The position numbers were made by a program, and so were the translations under genes. The notes under the pieces were generated by a model that did not search any database, was not told the origin of the DNA, and saw nothing but the letters and a program-made list of their open reading frames with translations. A stretch of 62,830 bases of DNA, the filler included. It is 18 parts of 18 records of this genome, joined end to end, with 100 filler letters (N's around TTAATTAATTAA, not from the genome) between each part and the next. Parts side by side here need not be neighbours in the genome. Positions count along the whole stretch, not along the records: positions 23,674 to 28,467 come from SRR16133337_11449; positions 28,568 to 31,213 come from SRR16133337_11594; positions 31,314 to 33,351 come from SRR16133337_11988; positions 33,452 to 35,980 come from SRR16133337_12657; positions 36,081 to 38,173 come from SRR16133337_12731; 13 more parts are not named here. One strand, given 5' to 3'. Shown in pieces: positions 23,918 through 36,235 of the stretch (its first letter is position 1; each line of letters starts with the position of its first letter).

Positions 23918-26900
23918 CTATTCTAAACTATCTAGCAATTTAATTTTGATAAGTTTGTTAAACTCTTTCTCACTCTCAGAGGATTTTATAATATCTGGGA
24001 GATCATTATATAACTTAGGATAATAAAAATAAGGGTGTTTATCAAGATAGTTGAAATTTATAGTCTCCTGGAAAAAATTTTCTGCTAGACGCCCCTCCCT
24101 CCCGGATACGTCAATATTTCTACGCCAAAAATCAAACAAACAACTAGGTAGGTTATTGTGATCACGTCGAAACATTACCTTCAAAATATTAAAATCTGAA
24201 TTCTCCTTAATAGGAAGAATATTATGTTGAATAAATAATGGTTTGGTGTGATCCCTGTAACCGGCCCCAGATAAAATTCTTATTGCCCTTTTATAAATGG
24301 TTTCTAAAGGTTTTAAAGTTGTTTTATTACAAAGGCAATAAAAAATATCAGCATAGTCAATATGTGACTTAATGTAGGCACAGAATAAAAGTTTAAGGTG
24401 ACGCCCATCCAGGATGTTACGCATTTGTTTAAGTGTATACAAAGATCTACTGATTTTAGAATGAACCAAATTAATATGATGCTTAAAGTTTAGTTTATCA
24501 TCTAAGTAAATGCCGAGAACTTTTATGGTTTTTTCATCCGAATTAGGAACGAACTTAATAAGCGAAATTTTAGAGTTATCATCTTCTCCTACATTATTAA
24601 GGTTAATATAAATAGGTAAGTAAGGGGCATTGTTTATTAATGGTATATCAAATCTGTTAGAAGCCTGGAAAATCATTCCCTTACTTTTAGAAGGATGGAT
24701 AGCAAGTTTGTTAGAGGAATACCACTGTACAAGTTTGTTCAAACCATCATTAGCTTTAATAATAAGACCCTCTACCGATGTATCCTCAACAAGTGCTGAG
24801 TCATCGTCGGCAAATATTATGTTGAACAGACCTGGACAGCAGTTACCTATGTCATTAATCATTATCAAGAAAAGAATAACACCTAATATACTACCTTGCA
24901 AAACTCCTAATATTATTGAACAAAGGTTATCAGAAAAAGAATTATTTAAAAAGACTCTTTGTTTCCTATTATGTAAGTAACTCTTGAACCAAAGAAGAGC
25001 AACCCCTCTCACCCCTGCATTCTCAAGCTTTTTTAGGAGGATATTATGCTTAACGCTGTCGAAGGCCTTCATAACATCTAAAAATATCCCCAGAACTATC
25101 TTATTGTTGTTAATATTTTTAGTAATGTAATTAATAATAGTCAAGACAGCCAATTTTGTTGATAATTTGCGTCGAAAACCAAATTGTGTATTAGTGAAAA
25201 ATTTGTTTAGCTCCAAAAACTCGAGTAAACGTGAGCAAATAATTTTCTCAAAAGGTTTAGAAAAATTGTCAATAAGGCTAACTAATCTGTAATTGCTAAC
25301 TAACGTTTTATCACCGGATTTAAAGATGGGTAATGATTTGCTTATTTTAAAACGTTCGGGGAAAACACCATGCTCAACAGATAGGTTAAAAATGTGACAT
25401 AAAGGTATCTTAATTTCATCAACTATTGACTGTAAAAAACGCATACTTATACCATTAATATCTTTGGAAAGTTTAGGTTTAATACCTAGTACAAAATTTT
25501 TAAAAGTTTCCACAGAGATTGGGTTCATAAACATTGAATTGGGACAAGGCGGAGGTAGAAAGTCTTCAAAATTAGCATTGGTTGTTGGAATAAAAGTTTC
25601 GGTAACTTCCCCAATGTGAGAGAAATAATTATTGAAATAATTTGCTTTAGCTACATCGTCAAAGATAAGCGAATCATCACCCATAATAGGTCCTATAGTA
25701 TTATTTTTAGCAGGTATATTAATTGCCTCTCTTAAGACTGACCAAATCTTTTTAGAATTCGAACCAGCATCACAAATTTTCTTATTATAATGTAATTTTT
25801 TAGAAAGTCTAATCATTTTGTTATAAATAAGCCTGCGTGACCGATAAATTTCTTTATTTAATGCAGTAGGATATTTTTTTGCTTTAAAAGCAAGTTTAAG
25901 ATTGTTATCTCTAGCAATAAGAAGACCTTTAGACATAAAAGAGTTAATACGATGATACTGTTTATTAAATTTGACACGTTTAGTAGGGAATACAATTTCA
26001 TAAATCTCAAAAAAAGTGTTAAGAAAAAAATCGCAAGATTCATTAGTATCGTTTGAATTTAATACACCTAACCAGTTTTGATTAAGTAAAGCTTGTTTAA
26101 ACCGATCGATATTCTCAGTTGAAAAATCACGTAAAAATTTATAAGGTTTAATGACCTGCTTAGGTTTATCATGATTAATTTCCGTCAAAGTAAAAAAGTG
26201 ATCTGAGAAAGAATCAATATAAATACCCGATCTATTTAAAATAGTAATATCATTTATAAAAATCTGGTCTAGTGCAGTACCTTTATTATTACTCAATCTA
26301 GTGGCTTTATTTATGGTATTGATATACCCATAGTAGGCAAAGAGAGTGATTAGCTCTGTGGAATTACTATTTGAATCAGAAAGCTCAAAAAGGTTAAAGT
26401 TAAAATCACCTCCCACAATAGTGGGAAGGTTAAGATCATTTAAAAATTCTAAAAATAACTCAAGATGATTAAAAAATAAGGCATTATTTTCATTGATTTG
26501 AGAAGGAGGATGATAAACTGAACTAACTATGAATTTAATTTTTCCAGGAATGCTAAGTTGAATAACACTCGATTCAAAGATATTAGGGACAAAGAAAGCA
26601 TCATTATTAATTAAGGTTACATTAAATAAATCAGAGAAAAAAATCATTGTCCCCCCTCCCCTACTACCTCGTGGTCTCGCGTTCAAAATAGATTTAAACC
26701 CTTTAACGTTAAATGCAAAAGAATCATGAATCCAGGATTCCTGAATTAGAATAATGTCCGGGCATGCTTTTTTAAGAGTTAAATTATCCAGGAGATTATT
26801 AAATTCAACAAACTTAGCTTGAAGTGAATGGATATTACAGCTCATTATAATTATCTTGTTAGAGTTTGAGAAAGAGTTAACATAAGTATCTTCAGAGTAG

Positions 26901-27046
26901 TATAAACTGTTTAAATTAAGATCGCTCAAAATGTCTAAATAAGAAGTGTTATTATCAACGTTATCTACGGTAATATATCTAATATCAAGTCTATTATCAT
27001 CATTAAGTTCCCTGGCTCGATTACCTACACCATTAAGATCAACCAT
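23918..27046 (-). CDS. LINE ORF2: apurinic-type endonuclease plus reverse transcriptase
   Basis: APE motifs SCNIHSL, IQESW, GGG, VYHPP, GDFN, LDQIF, SDH. RT motifs NYRLVSL, QFGFR, FLDVMKAFDSV, GVLQGSILG, FADD, KVLGIYLD. Confidence 0.95.
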   Translation of the reverse strand: MVDLNGVGNRARELNDDNRLDIRYITVDNVDNNTSYLDILSDLNLNSLYYSEDTYVNSFSNSNKIIIMSCNIHSLQAKFVEFNNLLDNLTLKKACPDIILIQESWIHDSFAFNVKGFKSILNARPRGSRGGGTMIFFSDLFNVTLINNDAFFVPNIFESSVIQLSIPGKIKFIVSSVYHPPSQINENNALFFNHLELFLEFLNDLNLPTIVGGDFNFNLFELSDSNSNSTELITLFAYYGYINTINKATRLSNNKGTALDQIFINDITILNRSGIYIDSFSDHFFTLTEINHDKPKQVIKPYKFLRDFSTENIDRFKQALLNQNWLGVLNSNDTNESCDFFLNTFFEIYEIVFPTKRVKFNKQYHRINSFMSKGLLIARDNNLKLAFKAKKYPTALNKEIYRSRRLIYNKMIRLSKKLHYNKKICDAGSNSKKIWSVLREAINIPAKNNTIGPIMGDDSLIFDDVAKANYFNNYFSHIGEVTETFIPTTNANFEDFLPPPCPNSMFMNPISVETFKNFVLGIKPKLSKDINGISMRFLQSIVDEIKIPLCHIFNLSVEHGVFPERFKISKSLPIFKSGDKTLVSNYRLVSLIDNFSKPFEKIICSRLLEFLELNKFFTNTQFGFRRKLSTKLAVLTIINYITKNINNNKIVLGIFLDVMKAFDSVKHNILLKKLENAGVRGVALLWFKSYLHNRKQRVFLNNSFSDNLCSIILGVLQGSILGVILFLIMINDIGNCCPGLFNIIFADDDSALVEDTSVEGLIIKANDGLNKLVQWYSSNKLAIHPSKSKGMIFQASNRFDIPLINNAPYLPIYINLNNVGEDDNSKISLIKFVPNSDEKTIKVLGIYLDDKLNFKHHINLVHSKISRSLYTLKQMRNILDGRHLKLLFCAYIKSHIDYADIFYCLCNKTTLKPLETIYKRAIRILSGAGYRDHTKPLFIQHNILPIKENSDFNILKVMFRRDHNNLPSCLFDFWRRNIDVSGREGRLAENFFQETINFNYLDKHPYFYYPKLYNDLPDIIKSSESEKEFNKLIKIKLLDSLE

Positions 27047-27642
27047 GATCTATCAAAAAATCACCACTTACGGCACTGCACCTCCACGTCCACCATCCAT
27101 GGCACCCGATCTCAGATCTGCAACCCTGCAAATAGGACAAAACCAACATTAAAATATATAATATATAATGCTGGACACTACACTTTACTCATATTGCTTT
27201 AGAAAAAAAATATAACGATCAAAAAAAGTTAGGAAAAAGTGATAAACTGTTTAATGTTAAATATTGTTTAAAAGTTAAAAGAAAAACCCGAATACGTGGA
27301 CAATGCTAAAAAAAAATAATAAATTACCCCTATAGAAAGTAAGCAATAATTAACGACAAATTCTTTTAAAAAAAATACGATTAATATTATTTCAACTTTC
27401 TTTTTTTCATATTAGTAACAATTATAGGTTAAATCTCAGTGAAAAGAATGCGGAAACTCAGCAGAAATAAAAGAATAAATTTGGCATCATTATAATATCA
27501 TTTTAGGTTAATATTGAAAAAAAAAGAATGAGAGAAAATTAGCGAAAACTAAATATACGATTAACTTCTTATTAAATCGAATTTTAGCATCATTTTTGGA
27601 TTCAAAATTATCACTTAAAGTTTAAATTAAGTACCAATCAAT

Positions 27643-28467
27643 TCACACAGATTTATCAGACTTATCAGGCAGAATGGAGAGATCAGCAATCATCTTAGCA
27701 AATGGATTCTTCACCACCTTCCAGGGGCCAGAAACATCGAGCTTGAACATCAATCGGGTCCCGCGAACAGTCACCTTCTTGACTAGAGGCTCCTTGTGCA
27801 ACATGTCGAGTACGACACGGTTCTGCCAGGTGTAGTCGTGGCTGCACTTCACCTTGGTCCCGTTCTCGGCGTTGAAGGCATCCAAAATGCGCTTCTTCTG
27901 CAAAAAAAAATGCAATTTGTAAAATCTCGTAGTAAATTTACAAATATATTTGAAGCCTGGATATTTAACTTTAGCGTCCGGATTCGCCGGTAGAAAATGC
28001 GCGAATTCGATGACATTGTACAAATCCGGATAGTTGGTGACGCCGTCTTTCTTATAAGAAGGAAGAATATACCTTTCATAGAGCATCTTAGCAGCCAGGT
28101 CAGCATCCTTGATCTCCTCTGGCACGTTGAGAAAGTGAACGGTGAACATACGTCTCTGCTGGAAAAGCTCATTGACTGAGATCTTGGTTAGCAAGTTCTC
28201 ACCCTCGCGAATCACGTCACGTTCTTCTAGCTGTTTAATGCGTTTAACGAGCTCTGAATAGTTGGCCTTCAAATCAGCCAATTCCCCCTCAACAATACCC
28301 AGTTTTACCCCTGCCACCTCTAGTTTTTCCTCAACAGCGGAAACTCTTGTCGATACAGACTTCAAAGTATTGTCTATATTGTCTAATCTCGATACCACCG
28401 TTTTTAAAAGGCTTTTAACTTCGGCAAAATCGTTATCTTTTTCAAGTTGAGCCTTTGTTTTATCACC
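27643..28467 (-). CDS. LINE ORF1-like protein (5' end cut by contig end)
   Basis: Frame is open to the contig edge (GDKTKAQLEKDNDF...). Heptad coiled coil followed by FTVHFLNVPEE, similar to the RRM start of L1-type ORF1p. Upstream of and co-oriented with ORF2. Confidence 0.72.
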   Translation of the reverse strand, partial: GDKTKAQLEKDNDFAEVKSLLKTVVSRLDNIDNTLKSVSTRVSAVEEKLEVAGVKLGIVEGELADLKANYSELVKRIKQLEERDVIREGENLLTKISVNELFQQRRMFTVHFLNVPEEIKDADLAAKMLYERYILPSYKKDGVTNYPDLYNVIEFAHFLPANPDAKVKYPGFKYICKFTTRFYKLHFFLQKKRILDAFNAENGTKVKCSHDYTWQNRVVLDMLHKEPLVKKVTVRGTRLMFKLDVSGPWKVVKNPFAKMIADLSILPDKSDKSV

Positions 28468-28743
28468 NNNNNNNNNNNNNNNNNNNNNNNNNNNNNNNNN
28501 NNNNNNNNNNNTTAATTAATTAANNNNNNNNNNNNNNNNNNNNNNNNNNNNNNNNNNNNNNNNNNNNCGAAATTATTTTGACAATTACGCATGGATTTAA
28601 AATTGATAAATGACTGAAAATTAAAATAGTTATTTCGATATTTTCTGATATCTCACGAAACTCATTTTTTAACTAATCATTCAATAAATCTAGAATTAAA
28701 CTTTAAATCAACCCGTTTGTATCGCGGTAGTGTAAGGGACGCC

Positions 28744-30612
28744 ATGGCCACAGATGCAAAGCGGAAGAAGAAAGATGATAAGAAATCGAAAAAGAAATCA
28801 GATCTAAAGTCTGGTAATGTTGGTGGTGAAACGCTCGCTGCGGCCTCCTCCACAGCCTCAGGAGGGGGCTCTGACCATGCTTCTTCCACAAAACCAAAAA
28901 GACCTCTCAGTAAGTGAAAAATTTGGGTCTTTGGAAACTTTCACCAACAGCTTGTGGTCACTTTTGTGAAATTCAAATTGTTTTGAATATTTTTCATCAT
29001 TTTGCGTTTGTTCTCCCTGACACGTTTGTTACTCTCGTGTGCCACCCCGTGTGTGGAAATATTTTGAGAAAATGACGCTGTATGCTCTCTGAATATCTCT
29101 TTAGCCATCTTTGCTGTTGTAGGAGATGTTTTGAGTGTTTTTGTTTCGTTGATTTTCAGTGAAATATATGGCTGCGTCTTTTTGTCTATATTTTCAAAAC
29201 ATTACGGGGTGCTTGAAATGTTGATATGCTCATTTTGTGCTGCAAAAGGGGAAAATTTAAGTGCAGAATCACTGCACCAAAATATTTACCAAAAAAAAAA
29301 AAAGAATATGCCCTGGGTCAACTCTAGAAGGCCTGTTTGCGTGGCGAGATGGCTGGGCATATTTTTGATACAAACACATCCAAATGTCGCGAAAAAAATG
29401 GCTTCAGTTGGGTAGCAAGATCTGAGAAAATTGGAATTCGAACATAATTTTAACTCTTTTCGGATTGAGAGGATGTAGGACAACATTTTATTTTGGGAGA
29501 GTAATGAAAAGTTAATTTGCGTGAACATCTTTTCAAAAACAAGCGTGAACGAAACAGAATTTTGAACATGAGCAGCAATCATCTCTCTCTACGATCTGAT
29601 GATGTTTTCAAAATTGAAGGTGGATCATTTTCTGTATCTTCCTTCTCTTTAATGAGCATATTAATTGTAAACACTTTGTTCTTGCCCTGGTGTGAGGAGT
29701 TCAAATTGAGTGGGAAATGATAAAGTGCATCTTAATACATCAAATATTGTGACGGTCAAACTTTTCGAAAATAATTGAAATTGCGTGGTATTTTTCACAT
29801 CCTTCCCCGTTTTTGTGAATGATAAGACGCTAAAAGTCATCGAAATGTTCCTTTTTAACATATTTTCCACGACCCACAAAATTTCAGGTCCGTGAACCAA
29901 AAGAACCCAACATGACTTCCTAACTGTAGTATTTAGAAATGTTGAACACGTCGTGTTTTAGCCATTGATGAAAATTCTCTTGGGTGGAGTGGGTTCTGGT
30001 GAAGAGGGTTTAGTCCTTGCAACTACATTTTACCTGTTTTACTTCGAGATTATTGTTTTCAAATTAATGACAATATTCTTTTTCGCTTTTGTTGAATTTG
30101 GTACATGCAGTCGTATGTATGGCATTTCAAATTTTTCAAAAATGTTATTTTTTTCAACTACAGTTCAATTACAAAATTGAAAATTGTGAAAAATATGAAT
30201 TCATGCACGAACAATCTAAAAAACGTACATTTTCACTGAATCAACAGACGAACTTTTTCAGACCTGGGAAAAATTTTAAGCAAATTTTTTGATTTTTTTT
30301 CGCAGTTTTTTGAAAATATTAAGATGCGCATTTTTCTCCTCTGATTTGACCTCTTCATATTACGAACAATTGTCACAGGCGTTGGCACAGTTGTACGGAT
30401 GATATCTGGTTTACAACCACGATCACCTCGTTCGTCACCACCATCATTGTCTACACATTCTCATCGTCTTACATCTTCTTCCTCTTCGTATCAACGAGGG
30501 GGAGGAAGTGGTTCTCAACCAACAAATTTAACTTCTTCCTCTTCTAGCTCGCATATGCTTACAAGCGCTTCTGGTCCGAAGAACACGGCCACTACGCAAT
30601 CAACTACCAAGA
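28744..30612 (+). CDS. Eukaryotic spliced gene (partial): Lys- then Ser-rich low-complexity protein
   Basis: GCCATGG start. Exon 28744-28909 ends at GTAAGT; exon 30379-30612 (CACAG...GTGAGT) is phase-compatible. Confidence 0.6.
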
Positions 30613-32135
30613 GTGAGTGCGCACTATGCACTTCTAGTAAAATTTAGTATTGGAATTATTAAGAAATCTATTAAATTTAATATTTGGAAATTTTGTTACG
30701 TTATTTCTAAAAACAACGCTCCTTCCCGCAGATACGATTCCAGTTCGAATAGATTAAGGTCAAGGTTTTAGATACAATTAATTTTGAATATTTTTTTCTT
30801 GCCTATTCTGATTTCTTCGCCACTCCCCCATAATTGCATATTATTATTTTTCAAGAACTGTGTAAAAAATCGCCACTGATGCAGTTATCATAAATAAGTT
30901 GAAACAAAAAACTAAAAATCAAACTTTAAAAAACATTAGCCAAAAATTTTGTTGCCTAGAATACAAACGTGTGGGCTACTTGAGTCTCGTAGTTAATTGA
31001 ACTGAAAAAGGCTGTCAGATGTCGTTACTTATATCGAGTGGAGTATTTGTGAGATTAGCCGTTGGTCACAACGTCAAGCAACCTGTCTACTAGTGCATTT
31101 TTGATATAAAAACGAAACAAAAAACATAGTTTTCTACATTTTTGTTCAAAATTTGGTAAAAAATACAATGTGTTCAATTGATGTTCTGTAATGTAAACAG
31201 GCAAAACGTAGTGNNNNNNNNNNNNNNNNNNNNNNNNNNNNNNNNNNNNNNNNNNNNTTAATTAATTAANNNNNNNNNNNNNNNNNNNNNNNNNNNNNNN
31301 NNNNNNNNNNNNNAATACCTGAATCCCCAAAAGAACATTTTCAGGCAAATGTTTTGAAGGTTTTCGACTCCTTTTTTCATGTTTGCATTCTGTTGTACAT
31401 TAAAACACGGACATGCAAAAATGGGATCCTCACAAAAATTTTACGGTGTATTCTCGTAACAAGGTTCACCTTTTTGTTTTTCTGGAATCATTGTCTCTGG
31501 GACATGAAATTCAGTTTTGTTTTGTTTTTTTTTGTGTGTGTGTATTTTCATTTCATTTTTGATGGTTTGCTTGCCTATGGTACATCTTGCCGAAACGGAA
31601 AACTTTTTTGCGTTGATTTATGAAATTTTGCCTACAGTATTCGTCGTGGGGGAAATTCAAATTTTGATATTTTTTCATGAAAAGTGATGTACAAAACGAA
31701 AAGTGAAATATTTTATGTAAAAGCGAAAATCCTTCGTCTTCATTTTCATTTTTTACTTCATTTTCATTTTTCACTTCATTTCCATATGAAAATGAAAGAA
31801 AGCGAAAATTTATTTTGAATTTTCAGTTTCGCAAATTATTCACAGATTAATCTATTAATTGGTTCTCAGAAATTAATTAATTACGTAATTTTGCATGCCA
31901 CCGAAAACGTGGGCCAAGTGTTTGTGTGGGAGGTGGTGGTGGAGGGAGGTGTGTGTGGAGGTGGGAGTGTGTGGATGGTTGTTCAATAATTATTTACGAT
32001 ACGGCCACTTGAGTCTCCAAAAAAGAAAGAAAAAGGAAACCATACCAACAAAATGTATTTTTGGAATTTTTGTTGAAAAGTGCGCGTGTATGTGTCATGA
32101 GATTCGAACGATTTGTTTTTGTTTTTTCCCTTTAG

Positions 32136-32831
32136 GATACACGTATTATATCAGACCCTGATGCACCCGTTAAACAGCCCGATGTGGGCAGAATTCAACC
32201 GGCTCAAGTCGCACCATCGTCAATCGCACCTGGCCAACAGCCAAAACGTAATTTACCGCGTCCAGCACCGACTGTGCCTAAGACACAAGTGCAAAACGCA
32301 CGATCGTCCGTTGCACCAAATAAAAAAGCTCCCGTCCAAGCGCAGTTTACTGTGAGTAAAACTTCTCGCCGAATACCACCACAATTCTAATTATCGGGTT
32401 TTCAGAAGAGAAAATAATAACCTCTACAGTACCACACTAAACAAACCCACCCAGCTGCTTTCATATTTTGTTTTGTCTAGAAGGAAAAGTGGTTCTTATT
32501 GTTTTGAAAAAAATCGGTTGCGTTCATTCTCAACAAGCTGCTTATCACTACTTTTGTACCACATGCCCTTTGCAGAAAACCGAACAGTTTTGGGAGACGC
32601 ACAATTTTACTTTCCCTTTAATAATTCGTGAGCCATCTCTTTTGGTCAATTTTTTTTCCGATTGAATAGGCATACAATATGACTACTGATTACCCCCCTA
32701 CGAAGTTTGTATCTTGACATACGTCATTTTGTTGTTGTTATAGGCACCGTCCCCTCGGATGCCCGCGAGGCTTCTCCCAATTGTTCAGGGCTTAGACGCG
32801 GTTGCTAAACCTACCCACGACGCTGAACAAG
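32136..32831 (+). CDS. Eukaryotic exons of a Pro/Gln-rich protein of unknown function
   Basis: Exons 32136-32351 (DTRIISDPDAPVKQP...AQFT) and 32744-32831 (APSPRMPARLLP...), phase-0 junction with canonical splice sites. Confidence 0.6.
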
Positions 32832-34451
32832 GTGCGTGGTCATAAGAAATTGTGTTCCCTAGTTTAAGATTTGGGTTTTTGGTCGTTGCATCTTTTTTCG
32901 ACGTGCACGTTACAGACTATACCTGAATAAACCCCTTCCACGACCTTCGCTCTCCATCAAGCAGACATCTCACCAGGATTTTTTTGTTGGTGTTACTTTC
33001 AATTTTGTAGGTGTTTTGCCTGTTTTTCCAACATTTTTGGGAAATTAAATACAATGTAGCACCTATTTCTGGTAATATCCAGATGTGCTGTGTGTGTTAC
33101 GTTTTTAAAAGTAGGGATTGCAACATGTGTAACACCTCTGGCGAGAGGTTGATCACGGGTCTAATTTTTTTTTTATTTTTTTATTTAAAGGGTGCGTGGG
33201 GTGTTTATTGACGAAAAATGACGTGAATGCTTTTTTCCCGCGAAAATTCATATTTTCGCGTTTGTATTGTCAGGGGGAAAATGTAGAATGAAGTGAATTT
33301 CACTATTACGCCTACTTTGTCATGTAAAATGATGCAAAACATGATGAAATTNNNNNNNNNNNNNNNNNNNNNNNNNNNNNNNNNNNNNNNNNNNNTTAAT
33401 TAATTAANNNNNNNNNNNNNNNNNNNNNNNNNNNNNNNNNNNNNNNNNNNNCAGCCGCCATTTCAGACAAAAGTAACTCCCTACAAGAGTACAGAGCACA
33501 CAAAACTCAACGCAACTACCCTTCCTTTTCCCGACTAAAACGAAAAAAAAACTCCTGACGAAACAAAATTAATTGAGAAAAACTAAAACAAAAATCAATA
33601 TCAGCAAGCAGCAAAGTCCTCATGTCTGTGTGTTCCAGAGCGAGTGATTTCATACACAAAAACAAGAAAACTCCTTATATGGTTGGAAGTAAGTAATTCT
33701 ATACACAAAAGGGTCCAAATATGGATTAGAGTGAGGGATTTCATTCACAAAAGGGGAGATTACTCGCCGCATGGATTGGGAGGAAGGATTGCACACACAA
33801 CATATTGCAAAATCCTGGCGTGGATGGAAGTGAGAAAATTCATTCCTTAAGGCGGTAACCTCTTGGCCTAGCCGGGCCCAGTACACTCTTTCGCTTGACA
33901 TGGGAACATCTCAACATCGTTCCGCACTTCTTGCTCCTTTCTCACAAGTTTGCAAACTCCTTATTCGGCTGTGCTCGCTCGACTACTTCCCGCAAAAGTT
34001 TCACTCCCATATCCAAGGCAGTAGTCTCCCGATGTGGCTGAATCGTGTCTATCATGCCCAATAAGTCGGCCGCTTCGACTCTATCTTGCAAAAGAGATCA
34101 CCTCCTGGTCCGGCCAGGCCCGTTCGAATCGCTCCTCTCAGGTGGCAGCCTCAAGACGCGACCAGCTCCTCCACATTTACATCTAGGAAGGCAGCAACAT
34201 CTTGACTTGACTGTCTCCACTCACTTCCCCTCTTCAAACAAAGTTTTGAAGTTTAATTTTGAGTCCATAATTTTTTTGGGTGGACACACGAAGTAGGCAA
34301 GTACGTAAGAAACTGATATACGGACAACTTTATTACATTATTGTATATACTTTTAACCTCCAACGCTGTGAAGGCGGCCAAAATTTATTTCCAAACTGAT
34401 ATATCATCAGTTCTCTTACTCGCTAACTTAATTGAAGTAAAAGAAACTTAC

Positions 34452-35605
34452 CGTTTTTTGGAAGGGCCGGTGTGAGTTCTATAACCTCAATTGAATTATC
34501 GGCTATTAAATATATTAGCAGAACCGCAATATTAACAAAAAGTAAGACGCCAAGTATCAGTAGTAAGTTAAAACCACTTCTGACTTTGAGGTCGTGCGTT
34601 GTTGTTTGGTAAATACGATAAACTCGACAAACAATTGGACCGACAAATAGTACGTATGCGATTGTCCATGCCGTTAGGCGCCCAATACACACCGAGTCCG
34701 TCGCCACGCCTACAGAATACGTAATTCACTGTGAAAAAAACTATAAACACGAGCGTCTGGTGTTTCATGCATTAGAACCACCGCATGACCTCCTCGGGTT
34801 TTTGATGATTTTAAAATAAAAAAACTTGATGAGATTTTCAGAAACCTAAAGGTACTACTACAGTACCCATGATTTTTTTAAAAATAACACGCTTCTTCTG
34901 TGTGTGTCTTACTTTGAAAGGGGTGAGATTTAATATATCAGACAATGGAATTGGAATTAGATTGTGCTTTTGTTGCTTATTAAAGCGTAAAACATTTCCC
35001 TGAATGCTGCTTCGTTTCCCTACACACCCACACACCACACACCACACCCCAAGGCTCCAAACCAACAACCAACATGCATTAAGAAAACTGTGGTGTACTT
35101 CGTTTCCTTGGACCAATCAGATATTCTTCACACGTAATCACTGAAATGAGACAATAATATCTCTCAGCTTGGGATGGTAAACTACAGACACACCCCCTTT
35201 CTACAGATGAAAATCTCACATTACTCCCCACACACCCACGCAACACACCACTTGCACAAGAAGCGGCTCTATCTACAAAAATAAACAACCCCTTTTTCTA
35301 CGTTCATTGAATATGAAAAGACTTTCTCAAAGAAACGCTCCGGTTTAAACACATACCAACATTCAAAAGAGACGCGCCATAAAATACAATGGCTCCTATT
35401 GATGTGATCACAAGAAGACGTGGCTGAGATCTTACAACTATGAGATCCATTTTTATTGTTCCAACAATCGTATATGTTAAGAATAGAATACACACAGTAA
35501 TGCCGATGATAACTGAAACCAACAACACAATGAACAAATATGTGAATAAGAGACCCGAAAATGAGTGTATGTAATTTTGTACACAAAAATGGTGTAGTGT
35601 ATTGT
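34452..35605 (-). CDS. Eukaryotic spliced gene (partial): class C (7tm_3, GABA-B-like) GPCR transmembrane region
   Basis: Exons 35605-35357 (hydrophobic TM1, VVRSQPRLLVITSIG) and 34709-34452 (SVCIGRLTAWTIAYVLFVGPIVCRVYRIY, then TM4). The pattern matches 7tm_3 TM1-TM4. The acceptor of the first exon is less certain. Confidence 0.65.
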
Positions 35606-36235
35606 CTAGTAGAAGAACAAAGTATTGGTATCGAACATTTTTCGCCGGGCCTAGGGAACCTAAGGAAGTTTCAATTGCAAATGTGAAAAAAAACAATTAC
35701 AAAACTTTTTCTTTGATAAAACTATATGTTGCAACACACGTACGTGCCAAAATATGTCAGACTGTACACTTGTGTGATAACAAATATATAGAGGTATGGG
35801 ACATATCAATACATAAACCACATCAACACTCTCTATACTTCACACCCTTCTCCTACAACACCACACCCTCCAATAAACGCATACCCTTCGAAAATAAAAA
35901 ATTCTGGATTTTTTAACTTTCATATAAAAATATTTGTCATTTACTTTTTGTGGGCGGAGATTTCTCTCTGCATGGTCGTANNNNNNNNNNNNNNNNNNNN
36001 NNNNNNNNNNNNNNNNNNNNNNNNTTAATTAATTAANNNNNNNNNNNNNNNNNNNNNNNNNNNNNNNNNNNNNNNNNNNNTGAAAAAATGGTCCCGTCTA
36101 GTACGTTAAGCAAAATCAAAATCTCAGAGAAATACTTCGTGTTTTTTGAAAATATTTTTGATTTTCACACCATTCAACTTCATTCCGTTGATGATTATTA
36201 TATTTGTAATTTTAATTATGTAGTCTCACAAATAC

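Larger units (their letters stand above)
23674..28467 (-). mobile_element. Non-LTR retrotransposon (LINE, CR1/L2/Jockey-like group), two ORFs, cut by contig ends
   Basis: ORF1 (coiled coil plus RRM-like region), a ~600-bp spacer, an uninterrupted APE-RT ORF2 and a 3' UTR. Confidence 0.9.

Noticed and set aside
23918-27046. RT as a bacterial retron, DGR or group II intron linked to neighbouring bacterial genes
   Set aside because: The N-terminal APE domain and upstream ORF1 define a eukaryotic LINE, and it lies on its own contig.
27063-27130. HDV-like or hammerhead ribozyme upstream of ORF2
   Set aside because: ACCTCCACGT resembles an HDV L3 loop, but I could not close P3 or P1, and there is no CTGANGA/GAAA core.
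28744-28909. HMG-box protein (KPKRPLS)
   Set aside because: The next phase-compatible exon continues SVGTVVRMISG rather than AY/AF, and no HMG exon was found.
31735-31800. TTCATT-type hexamer tract and its NENE ORF
   Set aside because: Simple-sequence intronic repeat. The same applies to the CA/GT-rich tracts near 12170, 15795, 14750-14820 and 44790-44925 and their ORFs.
33640-34200. GC-richer stretch as a possible exon or transposon relic
   Set aside because: Only short open frames, no recognisable motif and no convincing splice pair.
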